The notes: a model not told the origin generated them from the letters alone. Positions 40,955 through 51,784 are shown, numbered from the stretch's first letter. The stretch: 64,000 nt of DNA from Deferribacterales bacterium (GCA_050253075.1 JBFWJS010000002.1:96001-160000); one strand, 5' to 3'. A program made the numbers and translations.

Positions 40955-41030
40955 ATAATTAATAATATTTACAAGACTTTGTTTTTTAAACCTCCGAAAA
41001 TATGTTAACATTATATTTACGGAGGAACTT

Positions 41031-42164
41031 ATGAATAAACTAATTATTACTTTGCTTTTCTGCATACTCGCCCTGCCCGTATTCGCAGCGGAAAAAGGCG
41101 AGATGTACCTCGGCCCGGCCCTTGGTTATCACTTTTTTGATGATGACCACCGCCTTGATGATAAGGCTGAAGGTGGGCTCAGGCTCGGCTACTTCTTCAT
41201 GGACGACCATTCTGTCGAACTTGAAGGCGACTACACCAACACAGACCACGACTTCGAAGGGAGCACAGGCGCGACATCCCTTTCCCTCTCTGTTTTAAAG
41301 TATTTCAATATCGGATCCCCGCTGAAACCGTTCATTTTCCTCGGCTTTGGCGGACTCTTCCATGAAGACGACATGGCGTCTCTCGTGGGCGGTATCGGAG
41401 CCGACTATATGATAAATGACATGATCAGTTTCGACTTCAGAGTGAAAGACATGTATCACTCCAAAGGACGTAACGACGTAATCCCTTCCATCGGGCTGAA
41501 CTTCCACTTTGGTAAAGCTCCTGCACCTGTTAAAGCTACACCGAAAGCCGAGGAGAGAAAAGACTCTGACGGCGACGGCGTGTATGACGAAGATGATGCA
41601 TGTCCTGACACACCGAAAGGTACAACGGTAAACAGCGCAGGATGTATGCTCGACACAGACGGTGACGGCGTATCCGACGACAAAGACCAGTGCATGACAA
41701 CACCCAAAGGCATGCCGGTGGATGCTACAGGATGTACTCCTGATACAGACGGTGACGGTGTATACGACTTCGAAGACAGATGCCCGAACACTATGAAAGG
41801 CGTTAAGGTAAACAGCGCAGGATGCTTTGTCTCTGCCACTCTTAAGATAAACTTTAAGACAAACAGCGCAGCGATAGACGAAGACTATCTGGAAGATATA
41901 CAGAAATTTGCCGTATTCATGAAGGCTAACTCTCACATCAAAGCTGAGATACAGGGTCACACAGACTCTAAAGGTGCGGCTGAATACAACCTTCAGCTTT
42001 CACAAAAGAGAGCAGAATCTGTTGTAGATATACTCGTTAAGAAATACGGTGTAAGCGCAGACAGGCTCACAGCCGTCGGTTACGGAGAGAATGTACCTCT
42101 CGTGCCTAATGACTCACCTGCGAACATGCTTAAAAACCGCAGAATCGACACAGTCGTAAAATAA
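41031..42164 (+). CDS. OmpA/OprF-like outer membrane protein with Ca-binding TSP3-like repeats
   Basis: Beta-barrel N-terminus, D.DGDGV.D..D.C repeats, GHTD..G...YN..LS..RA. Confidence 0.92.
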   Translation: MNKLIITLLFCILALPVFAAEKGEMYLGPALGYHFFDDDHRLDDKAEGGLRLGYFFMDDHSVELEGDYTNTDHDFEGSTGATSLSLSVLKYFNIGSPLKPFIFLGFGGLFHEDDMASLVGGIGADYMINDMISFDFRVKDMYHSKGRNDVIPSIGLNFHFGKAPAPVKATPKAEERKDSDGDGVYDEDDACPDTPKGTTVNSAGCMLDTDGDGVSDDKDQCMTTPKGMPVDATGCTPDTDGDGVYDFEDRCPNTMKGVKVNSAGCFVSATLKINFKTNSAAIDEDYLEDIQKFAVFMKANSHIKAEIQGHTDSKGAAEYNLQLSQKRAESVVDILVKKYGVSADRLTAVGYGENVPLVPNDSPANMLKNRRIDTVVK

Positions 42165-42230
42165 AAACTTATCATATATATAAGTCATAAAAAAATCCCC
42201 GGTGCTTAAAACATCGGGGATTTTATTTTA

Positions 42231-44534
42231 TCAGTAAGTTATATCTATCATCGTAGGCACAAGGACATCATCTATAGGATCTCCATTGCCGAGAATTCCT
42301 AAGGTATCCCTCCCCCATGTCCAGACAGTACCGTCAGATTTCATTGCTGCGGCATACCCACTCCCTATGGCCACATAAGCCCAGTCAGTGGCACCCGTCG
42401 GTTCCTGTACAGGGTCACTGCTGTCGTTTGTCGTACCATCGCCTAGATTGCCTCCGGTGTTATCTCCCCATGCCCAAAGGGTTCCATCAGCCTTTATTGC
42501 AGCGGTAAAACGTATTTTACCTTCGGCTACTGACCAGTTTGTCGCACGAGTTGATTCCTGAACAGGGACACTGCTGCTATTTGTTGTGCCGTCCCCGAGC
42601 TGGCCATCATCATTCAATCCCCAGCCCCAGAGAGTGCCATTGGATTTAATAGCTATGGTGTAATTGTCTCCTGCTGAAACAGCAACCCAGTCTGTTGCAC
42701 GGGTTGACTCCTGAATAGGAGTAAGACTATATGTATTTGTACCGTCTCCAAGCTGGCCATCTGAATTCCCTCCCCAGCTCCAGAGGGTGCCGTCGGACTT
42801 AATCCCCACAGTATGATACTGTCCTGCGTCGATAGCTATCCATTCAGTACCAATATTCACAACCGCCGGAACGACTCTATCTGATGTAGATCCATCGCCG
42901 AGCTGACCATACTGATTATCTCCCCAGGCCCATAGAGCTCCGCTTGATTTTATAGCGAAGGTCACATATCTTCCTGCATCAACATAAACCCAGTCATTAG
43001 CCGTCGTAGCTTCCTGCACAGCATAAAGCGCATTTGTAATGCTATTATTACCTAACTGACCGTTAGTATTCCATCCCCATCCCCATAGGGTACCGTCTGA
43101 CTTTAAATGGATGGAATGACTTGTACCGAATGCTCCCATAGTCCAGTTATTTGCCTCTGTATACTCCTGAACAGGAGCGTTCTTTTCAATAGCAGTATTA
43201 TCTCCAAGCTGGTACAAAGTATTTTCTCCCCAGCTCCATATCGTGCCGTCTGACTTGAGCAGACTAAGAGTATATACACCTGAATAAAAAGGACTTGCCT
43301 TTTCAAAAGAGATAATAGTAACTTCGAAATCCTTCGTCGTCGCAGCATTACCTTTTGTTATGGTTGCAGTGAGAGTGACCGTCTGATCCCCCTCTGACAC
43401 AACAGGGCGTGTCACTTTTCCGTCTGAGCCAAGATAGTCGGAATCATCAGACCATGATATCTCAGTACCACTCACGCCAGTATCAGGGAGAGCTAAAGGG
43501 AAATATATAATACCAGTGCTGCGGTTATTCCCGCGTATGACGTCAAAAGTAAGGGCGTTCTCAGCATCGGCCACCGCCTGTATATCTTCGGCTGTCGCCT
43601 CGCTTGTCGAAGTCAGATTGAAAATTTTGCTGACTGAAATACTGTTTTTAGAGACTGTTACAGTCATAGCAACATCTGTGGGAGCATAAGGGATAGTCAG
43701 CTCGCCCGTGTTTGAAATAACCGATTCATCACTGCTCAGCCATGAGATGTCGGCTTTGTTGCCTGGCTCGCTTGTGAGGTTCAGATTTTGCGTGATTGCT
43801 GAAGCAAGTAAATTTTCACCTTTAATAGTGTCAAAGGTTATCTTTTCGAGAAGACCGTTCAGCATATGTTCTACAACATTACTATTCATCGGAACTGTCT
43901 GCGCACCTGATAAGATATCAGAACCAGAAATGCTTATTAGGGAATCGGATTCTCCCCTAATGGTCACAGTGAGATTACCGCCTGAAAACGCGATGGAATA
44001 ATCATCTAAAATATCATCAAGATTAAACCCATTCGCCTCAAAATCTGCAAAAGAGATGAAACCGGATTCATAATCTTCCACACCGTAAAGATCCAGCAAT
44101 GGCTGGAAAACCTCTATCAATCCTTCCTCGGCAGCTGCAACATCTTCTTCATCATAGAGAACATTTTCAGGTTCTCCGCCTCCGCTGAACTCATACTGAG
44201 CAAACTCAACAAGAGCACCGGTAAGCGGATTCACATTTACTGTTCCATCACCAAAAGCCACGGAATAGACCTTTTCGCCGTTATCATCGAACCATATAAG
44301 AAGAGGAAAAAACTGTGCCTCAGCTGTAAAGGAGTAATAACCGTCGGCGTCTGCCGTCACTTCATTGACTGTCCCGGATGTATCTTTGATATATATTGTC
44401 TTGCCGGATGCAGGAGCACCAATAGCTCCGACTCCGCTTATTGTATGTGATACTACAGGCGGCTCTTCGTAAGAACCGCCGCCGCAAGCAGATATTATAA
44501 GAAATAGTCCTAAAATAAGAATTCTTCTATACAT
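42231..44534 (-). CDS. Lipoprotein with Ig-like domains and RCC1-repeat propeller
   Basis: ISAC lipobox; repeated KSDGTLW.WG.N..GQLGDG. Confidence 0.88.
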   Translation of the reverse strand: MYRRILILGLFLIISACGGGSYEEPPVVSHTISGVGAIGAPASGKTIYIKDTSGTVNEVTADADGYYSFTAEAQFFPLLIWFDDNGEKVYSVAFGDGTVNVNPLTGALVEFAQYEFSGGGEPENVLYDEEDVAAAEEGLIEVFQPLLDLYGVEDYESGFISFADFEANGFNLDDILDDYSIAFSGGNLTVTIRGESDSLISISGSDILSGAQTVPMNSNVVEHMLNGLLEKITFDTIKGENLLASAITQNLNLTSEPGNKADISWLSSDESVISNTGELTIPYAPTDVAMTVTVSKNSISVSKIFNLTSTSEATAEDIQAVADAENALTFDVIRGNNRSTGIIYFPLALPDTGVSGTEISWSDDSDYLGSDGKVTRPVVSEGDQTVTLTATITKGNAATTKDFEVTIISFEKASPFYSGVYTLSLLKSDGTIWSWGENTLYQLGDNTAIEKNAPVQEYTEANNWTMGAFGTSHSIHLKSDGTLWGWGWNTNGQLGNNSITNALYAVQEATTANDWVYVDAGRYVTFAIKSSGALWAWGDNQYGQLGDGSTSDRVVPAVVNIGTEWIAIDAGQYHTVGIKSDGTLWSWGGNSDGQLGDGTNTYSLTPIQESTRATDWVAVSAGDNYTIAIKSNGTLWGWGLNDDGQLGDGTTNSSSVPVQESTRATNWSVAEGKIRFTAAIKADGTLWAWGDNTGGNLGDGTTNDSSDPVQEPTGATDWAYVAIGSGYAAAMKSDGTVWTWGRDTLGILGNGDPIDDVLVPTMIDITY

Positions 44535-44681
44535 GTCAAGAACCCCACATCATTAATAATATGTATTATAACATATAAGCATTTGCCCATAACTAATAAA
44601 CTTTATATTTATGTTTAGAATAGCAAAAAAAAGGGGGACACCAAATGGCATCCCCCTTGTTATTTTCAATTCAGGCAGCTA

Positions 44682-44993
44682 TTAGTTTGCCTGCATTTTT
44701 TCGTTTATAAAGTCGAAAAGTTCCCATCTGATCTGGTTGATGTTGCCCATGTATGTGATCTCTTCGTCACCAGCAAGATAGAGCACTTCTTCTTTTGACA
44801 GTCTTGTTTTCTCAAATTCGTTTTTGAAGGTGAGCTCCCTGTCTGTCCACCTTTCAAAAGTGCTGAAGCTGAGAAGCACAAAATGCTCTGCCTTAAAGAC
44901 GAACCTAGAAAGAACAACAAACTTCTCTTTCTGGAGTCCCTTGTCGAAGATTTTAAATATATCACCGACACCGTATTCCTGTTTTTCGATCAT
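44682..44993 (-). CDS. Hypothetical protein
   Basis: 103-aa ORF with GAGGAG upstream and a terminator downstream. Confidence 0.7.
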   Translation of the reverse strand: MIEKQEYGVGDIFKIFDKGLQKEKFVVLSRFVFKAEHFVLLSFSTFERWTDRELTFKNEFEKTRLSKEEVLYLAGDEEITYMGNINQIRWELFDFINEKMQAN

Positions 44994-45131
44994 CTCCCGA
45001 TTCTCCTCACGATATTAAACACGTACGTGCGTTTTTTATATCATTGCATCATTGGATAATTCCCGCAAGTTTTTTTGAACCGTAATATAAAAAAATAGTA
45101 ATGATAACAGTACTTTTTTTTAATTAATTGT

Positions 45132-45434
45132 TTATTTTAAGCTAAAATCTATGTATCTGCGTACTTCCTTATGAAGACCAACCCTGTTTTTAAATATCAC
45201 GTTGTTTTCTTCGAAGAACTTATCCATCTCGTTAAAATCAACAACATCGAGTAAGTCTCCGGTTACCTTATCTTTAAGCCGAAGCACCTTTGTAATGTCG
45301 TTCTCTTTTACCTTGTTTGCCTTTATCTTTTTTTTGCTTTTAAACACAAAGACTTCGCAGATACTATCATCGCAGTTAACATTCACTTCGTGCCATGTCA
45401 TGTCTTCGTGCACCAACATCCATCTGGGTTCCAT
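45132..45434 (-). CDS. Hypothetical protein
   Basis: 100-aa ORF with AGGTG RBS. Confidence 0.7.
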   Translation of the reverse strand: MEPRWMLVHEDMTWHEVNVNCDDSICEVFVFKSKKKIKANKVKENDITKVLRLKDKVTGDLLDVVDFNEMDKFFEENNVIFKNRVGLHKEVRRYIDFSLK

Positions 45435-45610
45435 CTTTCACCTGTATTCAATTTTTCTCATATTATAATAGTCGAAATAATATTAATTGCATCCCATTTT
45501 ATTTCAGACACGGCACAGCACCCGTAAATAAAAAGTGATATTGATAAAATTTGTTTTTATATATACCCAAAGTAGGATATAATTTCATAATAACCAACAG
45601 GGGTAATATT

Positions 45611-46600
45611 TTGAAAAAAAGCGTATTACCATTAATATTCATTTTCGTTATATTTATTGTGTTCCTGTTTCTGAACGACACGTCAGAAGAGAAAGATCGT
45701 ATATACAGGATAGGTGTGCTGAATTACACTCAGGCAGCAGGTCCTGCTCTTATGGGGCTGAAAAACGGCCTCGCGAAAAAAGGTCTCTTCACAAACGTGA
45801 ATGTGGAATACATATATAAAGGACCAATCAGAGACAAGGCTATGCTGAAGCAGGAAGCAGAACGCCTCGTAAAAATTAAGCCCGACATACTCTACACAAT
45901 GTCTACCACTGCCACACTGGCTGCGAAAGAGCCTGCGGCAAGATATAATATCCCAATAGTATTCGGTCCGGTGAGCGCACCCGTGCAGTCGGGCATAGTA
46001 TCATCCATGCGTGAAAGGGATGAAAATATCACAGGCGTGAGCTTTGGCCCTCAGGAAGGGCGCAGGCTCGAGATGCTCGTGAAGATAATGCCAAGTGTAA
46101 AGCGAGTACTTATCCCCTATAACGCAAACGATATGAGCCCAGTCATAGGCATTGGAAACCTGAAACCCGTCGCTGAAAACCTCGGTCTGGAGCTGGAATT
46201 CCTTGCACTGAGGATCCCTGAAAACACGGCAGTAGAGCTGGAAAACTACAAAGGCAGTTTCGATGCTATATTCACCCCAACCGACTCCAGCATGGTGGCA
46301 GTATCCGACGACATAGCCGCTTTTGCCATATTAAGAAAAATACCGTACAGCTGCCCGCAGAAGGAAGGTGTCATCGGAGGCGCACTCTTTTCATACGGAT
46401 TCAGCATAGAGGAGCTCGGCGAGCAGGCATCCAGACTGGTTTATATGGTATATAACGGAACACCCGCCAACGAAATACCTGTGGAGCTGTCAGACTTCAA
46501 GCTCTCCATAAACATGAACACGGCGAAACTAATTGGTCTTAAAATACCGGAATACCTCAGCAGCAGTGCTGTTATAATAGGCGAAAACAATGTTTATTAG
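45611..46600 (+). CDS. ABC-type substrate-binding protein (ABC_sub_bind family)
   Basis: PDIL..T.A, IPIVF..V..PV..G, NITGV, G.QA..L, IN..TA..IGL.IP. Confidence 0.85.
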   Translation: MKKSVLPLIFIFVIFIVFLFLNDTSEEKDRIYRIGVLNYTQAAGPALMGLKNGLAKKGLFTNVNVEYIYKGPIRDKAMLKQEAERLVKIKPDILYTMSTTATLAAKEPAARYNIPIVFGPVSAPVQSGIVSSMRERDENITGVSFGPQEGRRLEMLVKIMPSVKRVLIPYNANDMSPVIGIGNLKPVAENLGLELEFLALRIPENTAVELENYKGSFDAIFTPTDSSMVAVSDDIAAFAILRKIPYSCPQKEGVIGGALFSYGFSIEELGEQASRLVYMVYNGTPANEIPVELSDFKLSINMNTAKLIGLKIPEYLSSSAVIIGENNVY

Positions 46601-48470
46601 CTTACGCACAAAGGTCGTACTTTCATTCTTCTTGCTGGTCATCGTACCGATACTGCTGGGTGCATACGCCATAACAGAGCAGGTGCACTCCACAGAGCTG
46701 GAACAACTCAATATCATACACACACAGATGACAAAGCGCATTGCGACTGAGCTGGAAAACTATGTTAAACATAACGCAGAGATACTGAAACAGCGCACCA
46801 CAAGCTATGTGATAGACTATTCAGACAAAACTAAGATAGAGAGATCACTCTCAGCACTGGTGATATCAAATAACAACCTCGACCAGATCATCTTTCTGGA
46901 TAAGGACGGATACGAGGTCTCTCATGTACACAGATATAAAATACTCAGCATAGAAGAACACGACGACTATTCGAAAAAGATAGTCTACATCTATCCAAAG
47001 CTGAATAAGTCTTTATACTTTGGAGATATACGCTTCGCCGATGAAACAGGCGAGCCCGTGGCGGAGATATCCTTCGACGTGCGTGACCCGCAGACAAACC
47101 ACATCATAGGCGTTGTGATAGCCACACTCAGGCTGAAACCCATATGGAACATGCTGGCGAACATCAACGTACAGAAAGGCCAGCAGATATACATACTCGA
47201 CTCCAACGGAAGGCTGATAGCCCACCCGAACCCATCCATGGTGCTGAAAAACATTACATACAACATAACAGGCGAACAGTTCACCAAAGGGATAACAGGA
47301 GACTATGCTTATCTCAAATATACAAAAGTAAATGTGGGTAACCAGTTCTTCACCGTTGTATCCGAGCACAACACGAAAGAGGCGCTCAAACTGCTGAATA
47401 ACATTACTCTAGTGATAATAATAGTAGTCACCTGCGTGGTGGTGATGTGTATCCTGCTGCTTTATCTGGGTATGAAGCATCTGGTGAAACCTATAAATAA
47501 CCTGTCTAAAGTCGCCAAAGAGATCGAACACGGAAACCTCGAGAGCTTCGCCGAGGCATATAATAATGACGAGCTCGGGCTGCTCGCCGATTCATTCAAC
47601 AAAATGACGCATAAGCTAAAAGAAAACACTATACAACTCAAAGAGTTTAACCTCGGACTTCAGAAAAAGATCAGCTCCGAGATAGAAAAAACCAGAAAAA
47701 TGGAGCAGATGCTCTTCGAGCAGAAAAAGTTTGCCGATATGGGGCAGATGATCAACGCCATCGCCCACCAGTGGAGACAGCCCCTGAACAATATAGGGCT
47801 CATACAGCAGTACCTTTCAGAAGGTTTCAGAAACAAGAGTATCACCGAAGAAGAGTTTGAATCCTATTCGAAATCTCTGATGGAGATAGTCAGCAACATG
47901 TCGTCCACTATAGACGACTTCCGCACCTTCTTCACCTCAAACAAACAAAAAGACAGGTTCAACGTTATAAATGCACTAAAGGAATTCATGAGGCTAACAA
48001 CGCCTCAGCTAAACAGCAGCAACATCAGATATGTCATCCGGTGCTATGTCTGCTCTAATAAGCATGTATTCGATGTTGAAAATCTTAGTAATGAATGTGA
48101 CTGCCCAAGCATGGAAATAGTCGGACACGCAGGCGAATTTAAGCAGGTGATGCAGAATATCGTATCAAATGCGAAAGACGAATTTGTCGAAAACGGGACT
48201 GAATCTCCGATGATAACCATCAGCATATCGCTGGACGAATCATCAGTGACCATCAGCTTCAAGGACAATGCAGGAGGCATACCCGAAAATGTCCTGCCGA
48301 ACATCTTTGACCCTTACTTCACCACAAAGGAAGAAGGGAAAGGGACAGGTATCGGACTGTATATATCCAAAGTGATCATAGACGAACACTTCGGCGGGAG
48401 ACTCCGCGCTGTTAATGTAGAGGGCGGAGCCGAATTCAGCATATCGGTACCGAGAGCACCGAAGGCCTGA
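46590..48470 (+). CDS. Sensor histidine kinase (Cache-HAMP-HisKA-HATPase)
   Basis: IAHQWRQPL, DNAGGI, FDPYFTTK, GTGIGL. Confidence 0.92.
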   Translation: MFISLRTKVVLSFFLLVIVPILLGAYAITEQVHSTELEQLNIIHTQMTKRIATELENYVKHNAEILKQRTTSYVIDYSDKTKIERSLSALVISNNNLDQIIFLDKDGYEVSHVHRYKILSIEEHDDYSKKIVYIYPKLNKSLYFGDIRFADETGEPVAEISFDVRDPQTNHIIGVVIATLRLKPIWNMLANINVQKGQQIYILDSNGRLIAHPNPSMVLKNITYNITGEQFTKGITGDYAYLKYTKVNVGNQFFTVVSEHNTKEALKLLNNITLVIIIVVTCVVVMCILLLYLGMKHLVKPINNLSKVAKEIEHGNLESFAEAYNNDELGLLADSFNKMTHKLKENTIQLKEFNLGLQKKISSEIEKTRKMEQMLFEQKKFADMGQMINAIAHQWRQPLNNIGLIQQYLSEGFRNKSITEEEFESYSKSLMEIVSNMSSTIDDFRTFFTSNKQKDRFNVINALKEFMRLTTPQLNSSNIRYVIRCYVCSNKHVFDVENLSNECDCPSMEIVGHAGEFKQVMQNIVSNAKDEFVENGTESPMITISISLDESSVTISFKDNAGGIPENVLPNIFDPYFTTKEEGKGTGIGLYISKVIIDEHFGGRLRAVNVEGGAEFSISVPRAPKA

Positions 48471-48473
48471 TAA

Positions 48474-48788
48474 TTACATATCCAGCTTGCCTTTGCCCTG
48501 CTTCACCAGCTCTCTCTGCTTGGCGGCGTATATCTCTATATCTTTCAGAAGCTGCTGGTCATACATGCCTTCGAAATCTTCTGTCTTCTTATTCCCCATT
48601 ATCACGTCGAAAAGGTCGTTGTCGAATATCTTTTCGAGCATTACATTCAGTCTTTCGAGCTCGTCCAGTCCATAGCTTTCAGGCAGACAGTTTGTCACAT
48701 ACTCACGCAGGAACGCTTCGTTCTCGAGCATAGCACGTCTCGCTCCCTGAAAAATCGCTTTCTTTCTGAGCATCTCAAGTTGGTCCAT
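48474..48788 (-). CDS. SdhE/Sdh5-like flavinylation factor
   Basis: RKK..F...RRAMLENE...L...DNDLFD. Confidence 0.65.
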   Translation of the reverse strand: MDQLEMLRKKAIFQGARRAMLENEAFLREYVTNCLPESYGLDELERLNVMLEKIFDNDLFDVIMGNKKTEDFEGMYDQQLLKDIEIYAAKQRELVKQGKGKLDM

Positions 48789-48812
48789 TTTGTCACTCCA
48801 AGTGTATATAAA

Positions 48813-50384
48813 CTATATTATTTCCGGTTCAACAGTCACAGAGAAAAACCTGTGGTATATCACAAAGCCCGGCGGTGTGTTCTTAGGCTTTTTCACATGC
48901 TTCTTCTGTGTGTAGTCCACAGTAACTCTCAGGTCGCTCTTCGCCTTACTGAGCCCTGCGACGATAGCCGCACATTTCTCAATCTCTTCATCCGTCACCT
49001 GCCCGTCCTTGCGGAAGATAAGGTGTGCCGAAGGTATCTTCTGAGCGTGAAACCACCAGTCGTTCGGGTTCGCAAACTGAAAGACCAGCCTGTGGTTGCT
49101 GACAGAGTTACGACCGATGTATGCCGTGCCTCCGCCTATATCCATCTTTTCGAACTGCTTCTGATTCACCTGACGTTTCTGCTGTTTCGGAGACTTCTTC
49201 TTCATCTCCAGAGCCAGCTCACGCAGCTCGTCATCATCAGCCGATATCTCTATAAAATATAACTGCTCCAGAGCAGAATCGACAATATCCTCAACCTCCG
49301 CCAGCCTCTGCTGTATCAGCGGGATGGAGCGTTTCAGCTTGTCAGCTCTCTTATACAGTTTTTCTATCTCTTTGTTAACATCAAAAGATTCGGGGATGTC
49401 ATATTTAACGACATTCACGCCCTCTTCCGTATACTCGTCGAGGTCTACGGAGCCCTTCACGTTTTTCAGTTTATAAATGTTCCCTTTCAGCAGTTCCGCC
49501 AGCCGCGATATCTCGCCGTGTTTTCCTGCCTCGGCCAGTTCCCCCGTCAGGTTGTCTTTCAGGCGGAGGTACTTCTCCCCCTGTTTTTCAAAGAATCTGC
49601 TGAGGCGTTTGCGTATGCTGACGTCCCGCTTCTCTGACTCTTTCGCATCTGCGAGGGTGCATATCTCGTCATAGGTGACCTCTTCCCCGCCGTCGTAAGG
49701 CTTAAAGGGTATCAGCCTGCCTGCTTCGTCTTTATAGAATGTGTCGCCGTCTTCCAGTGATTCGTTTATCAGCACGGCTGTCTCCGCAAAGGAGTAGTTA
49801 GCCTCAATATATCTCTGCCCATGCTTCACCGTTACAGGGTAAAAGCCGAGCAGATCGGCGAAGTTATCTGTGTCGTATTTCTCAAGGGTCTGGCTTTTGT
49901 TTGACCTCGGCATCTGGTAGGTCTTACCTATCCCCATCTCTCTGTCTGCGTCTGCATTGTTTTTGCAGAATGTCCAGATGATCATCCCGTCTTCGTTCAG
50001 CATAAAGGCATTCGCCATCTTTCCTATCAGTTCAAAGACCAGCCTGTTAGTCTCGAGCTTTCCGCTCGGTCTGCGCTTTTCGATATCCAGATAAAAAACA
50101 CGGTCATACTTTCGGCATCCGATGAGCGTAATCTGCCCGCCGTTAAGCCTGTCGAGGAACTGATCGCCCACTCCCTCGTGGGAAAAAACCGTATGCAGCG
50201 AGGGTTTCCCCCCTGTTATGCGCACCATAACGGACGCACGTTCATCGGAATATACGCCGATGCACATACTGTCTTCGGTAACGGTCACTTTCGTAACTTT
50301 ATTACCTTCATATCTTTTTTTAAGGATGTTCACCCCTTTGGTGATGCTCAGACCGTCCAGATTAGCCCCCTTTTCGTCATGCAT
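48813..50384 (-). CDS. NFACT/RqcH (FbpA) family protein
   Basis: MDG-like start, DRV..L, ELIG..AN, GRN...N, DWWFHA..IPSAH, VDYT..K.VKKP..PG.V.Y. Confidence 0.85.
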   Translation of the reverse strand: MHDEKGANLDGLSITKGVNILKKRYEGNKVTKVTVTEDSMCIGVYSDERASVMVRITGGKPSLHTVFSHEGVGDQFLDRLNGGQITLIGCRKYDRVFYLDIEKRRPSGKLETNRLVFELIGKMANAFMLNEDGMIIWTFCKNNADADREMGIGKTYQMPRSNKSQTLEKYDTDNFADLLGFYPVTVKHGQRYIEANYSFAETAVLINESLEDGDTFYKDEAGRLIPFKPYDGGEEVTYDEICTLADAKESEKRDVSIRKRLSRFFEKQGEKYLRLKDNLTGELAEAGKHGEISRLAELLKGNIYKLKNVKGSVDLDEYTEEGVNVVKYDIPESFDVNKEIEKLYKRADKLKRSIPLIQQRLAEVEDIVDSALEQLYFIEISADDDELRELALEMKKKSPKQQKRQVNQKQFEKMDIGGGTAYIGRNSVSNHRLVFQFANPNDWWFHAQKIPSAHLIFRKDGQVTDEEIEKCAAIVAGLSKAKSDLRVTVDYTQKKHVKKPKNTPPGFVIYHRFFSVTVEPEII

Positions 50385-50461
50385 TATATCCAGAAAGTTA
50401 GTGAAAATAAATGAAGTATTTTATATGATGATTTATACACAAACATTAAAACGGTGACACA

Positions 50462-51784
50462 ATGTATAAAGTAAAAGATATCCTGAACCTAGAAGTAACT
50501 CTGGCACTCGGCTGTACCGAGCCCGTGGCGATAGCCCTCGCCTCTGCCGCTGCCGCATCTCTCACAGACGACAGGACAGATATAAAATCCGTAAAGCTGA
50601 CTGTAGACGCAAATATGTATAAGAACGCCCTCGCCGTCTCCATCCCGGGCACAGACGGAAAGTGCGGCGTAGAGCTCGCCTGCGCACTCGGCATAGTGGC
50701 CGGTGACCATACAAAGACCCTCGAAGTTCTCTCGGGGCTCACCCACGAAGATTTAAAAAAGGCAGAAGCTATGGTCGCCTCAAAGGTTATCAAAGCAGAG
50801 CTGAACCGAGATATCAAAGGCATATACATCCGCACCGAGATACAGACATCCAAAGACAATACAGAGGCAGAGATACGCCTCTTTCACAATAATATATCCG
50901 GCATGAAGAAGAACGGCGAAGAGATAGCCCTCGAGGCTCTCTGCGACGAAGACACCGAAGGGAAAAAGGACATAGCAAAGATGGAGCAGTGGCTCACAAC
51001 ACTTGAGCTGTCCGACCTGCTGACCATGCTGGGAGACCTGGACGAAGACGACCTCGCATTTATCAAAGAGGGCGTAGATACGAACCTCCGCCTCGCCGAA
51101 TACGGCATGAAGACAGGCGCAGGGCTCGGCATAGGCAGAGCACTGGAGCGGAGCATCAGGTCAAAACTGATAAAGAAAGACATGGGCGTAGCCGCCCGCA
51201 TACTCGCCTCTTCCGCATCGGATGCAAGGATGAGCGGTGTGTCACTCCCCGCTATGAGCTCCGCAGGCAGCGGAAACCACGGACTGACGGCTATACTCCC
51301 CATCTGGGCTGTGAAGGACTTCATAGAGCTGGACAGCGAGCAGACAGTGCTTGAGGCTATTGCGCTCTCGCACCTTGTCACTGCATATATCAAGGCACAC
51401 ACAGGCAGACTATCCGCCATATGCGGATGCTCCGTCGCAGCGGGTGCAGGTGCGGCAGCGGGCATAACATACATGCTGGGCGGTACGGCAAACCATATCG
51501 CAGGGGCGATAATAAACCACACACACGACCTGGCAGGTGTTGTCTGCGACGGTGCAAAGGCAGGCTGTTCACTTAAGCTGGCAACGGCAGCAGGCACGGC
51601 AGTAACTGCTTCTCTGCTCTCCCTTCAGGGGGTAGTGGTTCAGCCGACGGACGGACTCTCTGCAGGGTCGCCCGAGCAGAGTATGAAAAATATCGGAACC
51701 CTCGCCAGCGAAGGGATGGTTGAAACCGACAGGACTATTCTCAATATTATGCTTGAGAAACAGTTCAATAAGAATTTTGAGTGA
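50462..51784 (+). CDS. Fe-S L-cysteine desulfidase / serine dehydratase alpha family (YhaM/CyuA-like)
   Basis: ALGCTEP, DARM.G, GSGNHG, GRLSAICGC, CDGAK.GC.LK. Confidence 0.9.
   Translation: MYKVKDILNLEVTLALGCTEPVAIALASAAAASLTDDRTDIKSVKLTVDANMYKNALAVSIPGTDGKCGVELACALGIVAGDHTKTLEVLSGLTHEDLKKAEAMVASKVIKAELNRDIKGIYIRTEIQTSKDNTEAEIRLFHNNISGMKKNGEEIALEALCDEDTEGKKDIAKMEQWLTTLELSDLLTMLGDLDEDDLAFIKEGVDTNLRLAEYGMKTGAGLGIGRALERSIRSKLIKKDMGVAARILASSASDARMSGVSLPAMSSAGSGNHGLTAILPIWAVKDFIELDSEQTVLEAIALSHLVTAYIKAHTGRLSAICGCSVAAGAGAAAGITYMLGGTANHIAGAIINHTHDLAGVVCDGAKAGCSLKLATAAGTAVTASLLSLQGVVVQPTDGLSAGSPEQSMKNIGTLASEGMVETDRTILNIMLEKQFNKNFE

Noticed and set aside
41560..41830. Repeats inside the OmpA gene
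   Set aside because: Explained by known Asp-rich TSP3-like protein repeats.
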